Position numbers and translations under genes: made by a program. The notes beneath the pieces are model-generated. The model saw nothing but the letters and a program-made list of their open reading frames with translations. It ran no database searches and had not been told where the DNA came from. Positions 53,895 to 64,000 of a stretch of 64,000 bases of DNA are shown in pieces (the stretch's first letter is position 1; each line of letters begins with the position of its first letter). Source of the DNA: an uncultured Actinomycetota bacterium (GTDB taxonomy: Bacteria; Actinomycetota; Thermoleophilia; RBG-16-64-13); contig CAVZSN010000011.1 of NCBI GenBank assembly GCA_963777945.1, positions 164,303-228,302 of the forward strand. Reading direction: 5' to 3'.

Positions 53895-56381
53895 ATGACC
53901 GAGCTCTACGAGCAGTTGGGCCTGACTCGTTGGGAATACGAGCGCATCTGCGACCTGCAAGGTCGGGAGCCCACGCACGTCGAGCTTGCCGTGTTCTCTC
54001 TGATGTGGAGCGAGCATTGCGGATACAAGCACTCCAAGCCGCTGCTCAGGCGCTTTCCCACGCAAGGTGAACACGTGCTCCAGGGGCCCGGCGAGAACGC
54101 CGGGATCGTGGATATCGGCGGGGGAGTGGCGGTGGCGATGAAGATCGAGAGCCACAACCATCCTTCCGCCGTGGAGCCCTACCAGGGAGCGGCCACGGGC
54201 GTGGGCGGCATCATCCGTGACATCTTCGCCATGGGTGCGCGCCCCATCTGTGGACTCGACTCCCTGCGGTTCGGCGAGATCCAGCCGCTGCCGGCGCGCG
54301 ACGGTGAGGTCGCCGCCGCGACGGGCGCCGCCACTGCAGCGTCGCCCGGCTCCGCGGCCGACGCGCCGGGCCCGGCTGCAGGCGCAGCCGGCGCTGTCGC
54401 GGCGCCACAGGATCCACCGTTGAGCGAGGCCACCCTCAGCCGCCAGCGCTATCTGTTCGAGCATGTGGTCGCCGGCGTGGGCGGGTACGGCAACTGCATG
54501 GGCATCCCCACCGTGGCCGGGGAGATCTATTTCGAAGACCCCTATGCCGGCAACTGTCTGGTGAACGCCATGACCGTCGGACTGGTGCGGCATGACGAGA
54601 TCATCCGCAGCGTGGCGGCCGGGGTGGGCAACCACGTGGTGCTCATCGGGTCCAAGACGGGCCGGGACGGCATCGGTGGCGCCAGCGTGCTGGCCAGCCA
54701 GGTGTTCGACGAGACTCTGGAGGAAAAACGGCCGTCGGTGCAGGTGGGCGACCCGTTCACCGAGAAGAAGCTGCTCGAGGCCTGCCTGGAACTGCTGCAT
54801 GCCGACCTTCTGGTGGCCCTCCAGGACCTGGGGGCGGCGGGAATCACCTCCTCGTCCAGTGAGATGGCGGCCAAGGGCGAGGTCGGCATCGACCTGCACG
54901 CCGACCGGGTGCCCTTGCGCGAGGCCGACATGGAGCCCTGGGAGATCATGATCAGCGAGAGCCAGGAGCGGATGCTCGCCATCGTGGCTCCAGACCGCTG
55001 GGACGGCGTGAAGGCGGTCTGCGAACGCTGGGACCTGGATGCCACCATCGTCGGAGGGGTGACCGACACCAAGCAACTGCGGGTGTTCTGGCACGGGGAG
55101 ATGGTCGGTGACATGGACGCCAACGCCCTGGCCGAGCCGCCCACCTACGATATCCCCCAGGAAAGGCCGGCCCATGAGGTAGACCAGCCTCTCGATCCGG
55201 CGGACTGCCCGCGACCGCAGGCGGCGCTCGACGAGATACTCCTCGACCTTATCGGCTCCCCCAACATCGCCAGCCGGCGCTGGGTGTGGAAGCAGTACGA
55301 CCATCAGGTGCAGCTCAACACGGTCATCGTCCCCGGCGGTGACGCCGCGCTCCTGCGGATCAAGCAGACCGGCGCCGGCATCGCCGTGTGCACCGACGGG
55401 AATGGACGTCAAACCTATCTCGACCCCTACCGGGGCGGCAAGGCGGCCGTGGCCGAGGCGGCGCGCAACGTCTCGTGCGTGGGGGCCAAGCCCATCGCCA
55501 TCACCAACTGTCTCAACTTCGGCAATCCCGACAACGGGCCCATCGCTTATCAGCTCGCTCATGCCATCCAGGGGATGGCCGAAGCCTGTGAGGCGCTGGG
55601 GACGCCGGTGATCTCGGGGAACGTATCGCTCTACAACGAGAGCTTCGAACAGCCCATCTACCCGACTGCGGTGGTGGGTATGCTCGGTCTCATGGACGAC
55701 GTGACGGCAAACTGCACCGTCGGCTTCAAGACCGAAGGGGACGCGGTATATCTGCTGGGCGACACCGACCCCTGCGCTGGATGGGTCCGAATACCAGAAG
55801 CGTTGGTACGGTGGCCCGAGGGGCCGGCCGGCAGGCCGGATCCCCGACGTGGATCTGGACGCCGAAGTGGCGCTCCAGCAACTGCTGCGAGAGGCCATCG
55901 CGGCCCGACTTCTGCGCTCGGCCCATGATGTCTCCGATGGCGGTCTGGCCGTAGCGGCCGCGGAGTGCTGCCTCGCCGGGGGAGTAGGCGCGGTCTTGGT
56001 GCTTGACGACGTGCCCTGCGTGGGCGGTAGTCCCGGCTGCGCGGCGGGCGCCGGCGCGGCGGAGACCCACGCGACCGCGGCCGGGCCCTTGGCCGAGCGG
56101 CCCGACCTGGCCTTCTTCGGGGAGACGCCTACGCTGGTGTTGGTCTCGGTGACTGCCGTCGATGCGGAGACGTTCGAAGACCTCTGCGAACGGGCCGGAG
56201 TGCCCTGCTTCGTGCTGGGTCATGTGGGCGGCGGAGACCTGGCGATGACCCTCGAACGGGGCGGCGCCGCGACTCTCGGCGCCGATGCCGCCACGGGCGG
56301 CGGTCGCGACGGCCTACGCGTGCCGGTCGCCCGGCTGGAAGACGTGTACGAAGCGGCGCTGCCGAGAGCCATGGGGGACTG

Positions 56382-56382
<1 letters not shown>
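53895..56382 (+). CDS. purL: FGAM synthase subunit PurL (frameshift near 55790)
   Basis: MWSEHCGYK, GPGENAG, KIESHNHPS, GRDGIGGA, DLGAAG, SESQERM, TNCLNFGNP, SGNVSLYNE, AHDVSDGG. Confidence 0.96.
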
Positions 56383-57822
<1,440 letters not shown>

Positions 57823-57824
<2 letters not shown>

Positions 57825-57891
57825 CCGCTGTACCCGCCTCCGACTCGCTTATGCGGGTACGCAAAGGCTCCCTCAGGCGGGTACAGCGGCT
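57823..57891. terminator. 17-bp perfect inverted repeat between convergent genes
   Basis: AGCCGCTGTACCCGCCT (57823-57839) / AGGCGGGTACAGCGGCT (57875-57891). Confidence 0.55.
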
Positions 57892-57920
57892 CCTCACCTA
57901 CTGGTCGGCGCGCGGCGACC

Positions 57921-59578
57921 TTAGTCATCGTCGGGAGTGCCCGCCGTGGCAAGGCGTACAGGTCGCCGTCGCGATACCCCGATTTGGTGGCAGCTGGTGC
58001 AACTGAGACGATGCTCGCCTGACGGCATGTGTTCTCCCACCGGGGATGGCGGAAGGTCGACGGCTCCCACGCCTTGGTCGTGTGGCACGATGCGCACTTG
58101 GTGAGCCCCCCGTGCTTGGTCCCGTGACAAGATACGCAGGTTGAGCCGACCTTCTTGAACGGAGTCCCGTGGCAGTTGGCGCACGAGAGGCTTGCATGGG
58201 CCCCTGTCAGCTTGAACGGATGCGTGAAATTGACATCGCTCCAGGACGTCGGGGTGTGGCAGGAGGCGCAGTTGGTCAACCCTTTGTGCTGATCGCTGTG
58301 GCAGGAGATGCAGGCCGGGTTGGCCGACGGGAACTGGGTGCCGGGGATGTTGGCCACTCCCGGCTTACTCTCGTGACAGTCGGCGCAGGTGAGGTCCTCG
58401 TGGCCGCCTGAGATCGGGAACGGATGCTCGAAAGTCACGTCGCTCCAGGACGTGGGGGTGTGACAGGAGCCGCAATCGGTCAGCCCCCCGTGCTGATCGC
58501 TGTGGCAGGAGATGCAGGCCGGGTCGGCCGATGGGAACTGGGTGCCGGGGATGTTGGCCACTCCCGGCTTGCTCTCGTGACAGTCGGCGCAGGTGAGGTC
58601 CTCGTGGCCGCCTGAGATCGGGAACGGGTGCTCGAAGGTCACGTCGTTCCAGGACGTGGGGGTGTGACAGGAGCCGCAATCGGTCAGTCCCCCGTGTTGA
58701 TCAGTGTGGCAGGAGATGCAGGCCGGGTCGGCTTCAGGCAGAGTGGTCCCCGGTATGTTCTCCACCCCCGGTTTGCTCACATGGCAGTCGGTGCAGTCAA
58801 GGCCGGCATGGGCGCCTTCGCGCGGGAACGGATGTTGGTCACCGGCCGAGCCCCAACTGGTGAGACTGTGGCAGGAACTGCACTCGCCCCTGGGCTCGTG
58901 CGGGGGAGTGTGGCAATACGAGCACTGTCCGGAGGCGGTGGTGCCGTCGTGGCAGGCCAGGCACGATGACATTGCCGCGGGGTCCTTGTAGGCGAGGGGC
59001 GGGACGCCGCGGTGAACGAGGCGGACATGGCAGTCCAAGCACAGCTCGTCGGCGTGAGCCTCGTGCGAGAACGGGACGTTGCCGAGAGTCATGTCGGCGG
59101 GGGTCTCGTGACACCGGAAGCAGCTGGAGTTCGGTATCTCCCTGGTGACCGCGAGCGGTGACTCGGAATGGCCCTCTCCGGAGTGCTCCGTCAGGTGTAC
59201 CCAGATCTCTCGGAACGAGAAGAGCTTGGTCTCGATATAGGACAGAGCGCCCGGAGGAATGTGACAGTCGCGGCATTCCGCAGCAGGCGAAGCGTGGGCT
59301 GAGTCCTGCCAACTGGTGTTGTACGGATCCATCTCGTGGCAGGAGACACAGAAGGGACTTGCGCTCGTGTAGTGAGCTGTGACAAAAGAGGCGATGATCA
59401 GGATGACGATCAGCGCACCAGCGATGGAGAGTCCGATTATCCAGCGCCGCCGTCGTCTTCTCGGAATCGGCGCCTCGGTTTCTGCGGGCGGCGGTCCAGA
59501 GGATGGCGCCGCATCGCCGGCTGTTGCGTCGGCCGAGATGCCATCGTTCAACGGAATTCCGTCTTCGTCCACGTGCAC
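57921..59578 (-). CDS. Membrane-anchored multiheme cytochrome c (about 21 CXXCH); start uncertain
   Basis: RRRRRRW + TM helix, NapC/NirT-like start (CVSCHEM..YNTSW..SAH..CRDCH); 19 CXXCH in frame, plus CTSCH and CTPCH in shifted frames at the 3' end. Confidence 0.92.
58225..58800 (-). repeat. 204-bp (68-aa, three-heme) tandem coding repeat, about 2.8 units
   Basis: GCAGGAGATGCAGGCCGGG recurs at 58301, 58505 and 58709; units are near-identical at DNA level. Confidence 0.9.
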
Positions 59579-59761
59579 CCCCGGGGGATCCGTCAGTCGA
59601 GAGACTCGACCCCCACACTCGGCTCGGGCCGACCCGCTTGTGCCCGGTGCAAACTGCGGATAGTGCATCACCATACCATACATACACTGCGTGTCCGCAA
59701 GATGCGGAGACGGAGCAATCCGGGCAAGCTCCGCTCGTTTGGTGGGCTCAGCAGGTGCAGA

Positions 59762-59790
59762 TTGACGTCTCTCCCGTCGCGGGATACCAT
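59762..59790 (+). promoter_or_regulatory. Sigma70-type promoter for the cob operon
   Basis: TTGACG (59762-59767), 17-bp spacer, TACCAT (59785-59790). Confidence 0.75.
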
Positions 59791-59799
59791 GGCTCGGCA

Positions 59800-59945
59800 A
59801 TCTCTCAGATCCGCGGGAACCCGGTGGGATTCCGGGACTGCCCCGCAACTGTGACCGCGGACGAAAGCCGCTGCAAGCCACTGCCCCTGGGCGGGAAGGC
59901 GCGGCCGGTAGGATGAAGCGGAAGCCAGGATACCGCGATGAGAGG
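59800..59945 (+). ncRNA. Cobalamin riboswitch
   Basis: GGGAAcccGGTG.GATTCCggg.CTGCCCCGCAACTGTGA, GCCACTG..GGGAAGGC, AAGCCAGGATACC; upstream of cobT. Confidence 0.93.
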
Positions 59946-60101
59946 ACGTCGCTACTAGGCCTCGCGGGAGGGCTCAGGTGGTCTTCTTCTCTGTACGTTT
60001 TCGGGCCTCCGCCACGCTGCGGGCTTTCCTGCTGACGCGCAGAGGCGCCTCCTCCCCCCCGACGGCACCCACCCCGACCCGCTCGTGATGGAGGACACCC
60101 G

Positions 60102-61977
60102 TTGAGCACGTTACTCGAACGCACAATCAGCCAGATCGGCCCGCTCGATCGCGAGGCCATGCAGGCCGCTCAGGCCCGGCAGGATTCCCTGACGAAGCCG
60201 ACGGGGGCCCTCGGCCGGCTCGAAACGCTCTCGGTCCATTTGGCGGGGATCACGGGCCGGCCCGTGCCGGCCTTTGCGAGCAAGGTGGTGGCCGTCATGG
60301 CTGCCGACCATGGGGTCACAGCGGAAGGCGTGAGCGCCTACCCGGCCGAGGTCACTCCCGGGATGGTGGCCAACTTCGCCGCCGGCGGAGCGGCTATCAA
60401 CGTCATCGCCAAGCACATCGGCGCGCGGGTGATCGTGACCGACGTGGGGGTGAACGCGGACATCTCTGCGCTGGAAGGGGTGCGGCACCGCAAGGTCCGC
60501 ATGGGCACGGCCAACATGGCCCTCGGGCCTGCCATGACTCGCGAAGAGGCCGTCCGGGCCATCGAGATCGGCATCGAGGTGGTCGAAGAGGCGGTCGCCG
60601 AGGCGATGATCGGTGCCGGCTCGGGCGCGAGCGCCGGCGGCGACGCGGCGACCGGCGCCGCCGCAGGCTTGTCCATGTTCGCCACCGGCGAGATGGGCAT
60701 CGGGAACACCACCGCCAGTTCCGCGATCATCGCCGCGCTGACCGGGTGCGCCGTCGCCGAGGTGACCGGCCGTGGGACCGGGATAGCGGTGGACGCTCTG
60801 CCCCGAAAGATCGCGGTGATCCAGAAGGCTCTGGAGGTGAATCAGCCCGACCCGAGCGATCCGCTCGACGTTCTCGCGAAAGTCGGGGGGCTGGAGATCG
60901 CCGCCCTCACCGGCGTCATCCTGGGGGCGGCGGTGCGGCGTTGCCCGGTCGTCATGGACGGGTTCATCTCCTCGGCCGCAGCTCTAGCCGCGGTGCGTCT
61001 GTGCAAGGACGCGGGGCCGTACGTCCTTCCAAGCCATGTCTCGGTGGAGGTGGGGCATCAGGTGGTGCTGGACGAACTCGGCCTGCTGCCGCTGTTCGAC
61101 CTGCAGATGAGGTTGGGCGAGGGCACCGGTGCTGCGCTGGCCATGTCGATCATCGACGCGGCCGCCAAGACCTTGGCCGACATGGCGACGTTCGAGAGCG
61201 CGAACGTCGCGAACCGGACGGAGGGTGAGTCCGGGCCGACGCGGACCGAGCGGCTCCTCTTGGTGAGGCACGGCGAGGCAGAGGGAGGGATGCCTGGAGT
61301 GCTCATGGGTCGTACCGACGCGGGCCTATCGGAGGCCGGCCGCGCGCAGGCGGCCCTCCTCGGAGAGGTCCTTCCTCTGCCCGGCTCGGTGACTCTCGTG
61401 AGCAGTCCGCTGGCGCGCGCGCGGGAGACGGCGGCCATCGCGGTCGCTGCGGCGAAGGCCGCCGCGGCGAGGGCTGGCGACGCGCGCAGGCTGCGACGCC
61501 GCGCCGAGCGCGTCGCCACGGCCGGCAGCGTCGCGGCGGGGTCGGCAGCAGCGGCGCCCATCGACCCCGACCTCAGGGAGATCGACTTCGGCGACTGGGA
61601 GGGACTCACGTTCGCAGAGGTCGGGCGGCGGTACCCCGCGCTGGTCGCAGCTTGGTCGGAGAGTTCAGCCTCGACTTCGGCTTTCCGGGCGGCGAGAAGC
61701 TGGCAGACTTCGCCACCCGGATCGAAGGCGTGGCGCGGCGTCTCGCCGCGGCCGAGACCGACACCGTGTCGCCTTCACTCACGGTGGCGTGATCCGCGCG
61801 CTCATCTGCCACTTCTTGGGTCTGCCTCTGCGCGACTATCTGCTGTTCGACATCACGCCTGCCTCGGTCACCACGCTCCGGCTGTGGGGCGAACGTGGCG
61901 TGCTGGCGGGTCTGCGCCGGGCGAGAGTCTCTCTGGACGAGCCTTGCAGCTGGGTATGGCGAAGATCGTCCTCATAA
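60102..61977 (+). CDS. cobT: CobT (NaMN:DMB phosphoribosyltransferase) fused to a CobC-like histidine phosphatase
   Basis: LTKPTGALGRLE, AADHGV, GEMGIGNTT, MRLGEGTGAALA, continuing in frame into RLLLVRHGE, LVSSPLARARETA, LREIDFGDWEGLT; HGGVIRAL in a shifted frame. Confidence 0.85.
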
Positions 61978-62597
61978 CCGGCGGCGGCCGGAGCGGCAAG
62001 AGCTCGTACGCCCAGCGGCTGGCGGAGAGTCTGCCCGGCCCTCGGGTCTACGTAGCCACGGCTGTACCGTTCGACCGGGAGCTGGAGGAGCGCATCGCCA
62101 GGCATCGGGAGGATCGCGGGGAGACCGGGACTGGTCGACGGTCGAGGAGCCGCTCGATCTGGCCCGGGCGATCCGGGAAGCGCCCGACCGGCGACCGTGC
62201 TCGTGGACTGTCTCACCATGTGGGTGAGCAACCTCATGTGGGAAGCGGCGGACGGCGCCGGCGGCGCCGGCTGGCGGCCGAGCGCCGCCCCCGGTCCGGC
62301 GCTGACGCGAGTCGGACGTGGCCGCGGCTCTGCGAACGCATCGTGACCGCCTGCCGGCGAGCGCGAGGGCGTCGTCGTGTTCGTCACCAACGAAGTGGGC
62401 CTCGGCATCATCCCCGACGATCCGTCCACCCGTCTCTATCGCGACCTGCTCGGACGATGCAACCAGGTGATGGCCGCGGCGGCGGACACGGTCATCCTCA
62501 TGGTCTTCGGGCTGCCGCTCATCCTCAGGAGCGTGGACGGTATCGAACTGCCCGCCCCGTTCGCGTCCCCAGATCCTCGGGGCTTCCCGAGTCGTGA
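61956..62597 (+). CDS. cobU: Adenosylcobinamide kinase/guanylyltransferase (frameshifted)
   Basis: [55 protein letters not shown]. Confidence 0.92.
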   Translation: MAKIVLITGGGRSGKSSYAQRLAESLPGPRVYVATAVPFDRELEERIARHREDRGETGTGRRSRSRSIWPGRSGKRPTGDRARGLSHHVGEQPHVGSGGRRRRRRLAAERRPRSGADASRTWPRLCERIVTACRRARGRRRVRHQRSGPRHHPRRSVHPSLSRPARTMQPGDGRGGGHGHPHGLRAAAHPQERGRYRTARPVRVPRSSGLPES

Positions 62598-63355
62598 AGG
62601 CCCTGGTCGCCGCCTTTCTGTCCGCCCTGACCTTCCTCACTCCGGTGAGGGTCCCCGCAGCGCTGGTGCGGCGGGGAGCTGGGGCTGCGCGGAGCGCCGG
62701 TGTTCTTCCCCGTCGTGGGAGCCGTGATAGGCGCGGTGGCGGCCGCGATCACCTTCGGCATCGACCACATACTCACGCCGCTTCCCGGCCAGCGTCGTGA
62801 TCGGTGCTCGTGCTGGTGGCGGCTTCGCGCGGGCTTCACATGGACGGGTTGGCCGACACCGCGGACGGTCTCTTCAGCTCGCGGCCCCGGGACCGGGTGC
62901 TCGAGATCATGCGCGACAGCCACATCGGCACGATGGGCGTGGTCGCGGTGGCCGGGGTCCTTCTGCTCAAGGTGGCTCTTCTCTCCTCGCGTGGGGGGTT
63001 CCCTGCGCTGGCAGATGGTCCTCCTCGCCCCGATCGCCGGGCGCTGCGCTCTGCTCCTGGTCATGTCGCGTCTTCCCGTACGCGCGCCCCGAGGGCGGAC
63101 TGGCCACGGTGTTCCGATCCAGCCGGGCGCAGGGCGGTGTTGCTCTCGATCTGGGCGGTCGTCGTGGTGTTCGTCGCCGGGTGGCTGTGCGCCTCGTACC
63201 GAGGCCTGGTGATCGCCGGGGCCTCGCTCGCGGTGGCGCTGCTGCTGGGCTGGTACGTGCATCGCCGGCATCGGCGGCTACACGGGGGACACGCTGGGGG
63301 CGACCAGCGAGCTGGTGGAGGTCACTCCGCTTCCTGGTGGCGGCTATCTGGGTAG
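62594..63355 (+). CDS. cobS: Cobalamin 5'-phosphate synthase (frameshifted)
   Basis: [50 protein letters not shown]. Confidence 0.92.
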
Positions 63356-64000
63356 GTCGCCCCCTCTCGGCGGCGGGTATCAGGACGGCTTGACCGCCAT
63401 CCTCGAGATCGCTCTACCGCCTCGCCCACGCTCGAGACCGAGAGCGCCCCGTCTGCGAGGGATTCCTTCACCAGCGAGACTGCCTCGTCCCCGGTGAGGT
63501 CTCGCCGGTCGATGGAATCGGCATCGAGGAAGACGACCGGACGTCCCTGCGCGACGGCTCTGCGGGCGACCCGCAGCAACTCCAGGTTGCCCGTCGCAAA
63601 GAACACCGGGGCGACCACCAGGACGTCGCTGTCGCGCACCAGAGCCTCCATCTGCTCGCACGGCCTCCGCGGGGAACGCCTGGAAGGGCGGCGCCGACAC
63701 GACCTCCAGCTCGTAGCGCTCGCGCGGTGCAGTAGTCGGTGTCGAACACGCTCACCACGCCGACGCTGGGCGCGAACCCGTGCAGGACCAGCTCCTCGAT
63801 GAGTCGGACGCCGCGCCGCCGCCCGCGATGACGTGGACCTTCGACGCTTCGCCTTCCGAGCGGAGCCTCATGGGCCTCCGACCACACAGGGGTGAGGTAT
63901 GGGCGGCAGACCTTGCCGGTGCACGGCCACTCGGACTTTGAACATCTCCAGGATCACTTGGGATCGAGCATCGTCCGTCGCTGTCCCCGGCCGCCACCCG
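63322..64000 (-). CDS. C-terminal part of an iron/heme/cobalamin-type ABC ATPase (runs off the window; frameshifted)
   Basis: [39 protein letters not shown] pattern, typical of the C-terminal extension of such ATPases; Walker motifs are not in the window. Confidence 0.55.

Noticed and set aside
58225-58800. CRISPR-like or mobile repeat array
   Set aside because: The repeats are contiguous, in-frame coding units with no unique spacers and no cas genes.
61600-62597. Extension of the CobT-CobC fusion to include CobU (831-aa ORF)
   Set aside because: The CobC C-terminal motifs are in another frame with their own stop at 61977, and cobU has an ATG at 61956; the continuous frame results from compensating indels.

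Overview
High-GC bacterial chromosome segment. Gene content suggests an anaerobic, monoderm, Actinomycetota-like organism (inference). Many genes are split by single-base indels that look like long-read errors, so I stitched genes across frames by eye and their coordinates are approximate. Left to right: GNAT-deoC-recO; guaB; rmuC-HAD-CoA-binding; glycerate kinase and arfB; a reverse-strand redox operon porC-porD-porA-bfuC-bfuB-bfuA::porB followed by an Eis-like acetyltransferase and a methyltransferase; a divergent TPP-riboswitch thiamine salvage/uptake operon; a PASTA Ser/Thr kinase; PHP and AmmeMemoRadiSam genes; UPF0182-hsp20-lon-archease-rtcB; a thiol/selenol redox cluster (trxA, two in-frame-UGA selenoprotein candidates with SECIS-like hairpins, lgt, ccdA); rpsF-ssb-rpsR-DUF2232-rplI-dnaB, with an intein in dnaB; a purine operon; a membrane-anchored cytochrome c with about 21 hemes built from 204-bp repeats; and a cobalamin-riboswitch cobT::cobC-cobU-cobS operon. 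The strongest candidate for an uncharacterised system is the 2-oxoacid:ferredoxin oxidoreductase whose beta subunit is fused to a HydA/NuoG-like subunit carrying an inserted GltD/NfnB-like flavin domain, encoded with HydB/HydC-like subunits. This is a putative electron-bifurcating pyruvate:NAD(P) complex. Second is the hidden selenoprotein redox relay. I found no tRNA, rRNA, CRISPR array, transposase or integrase.
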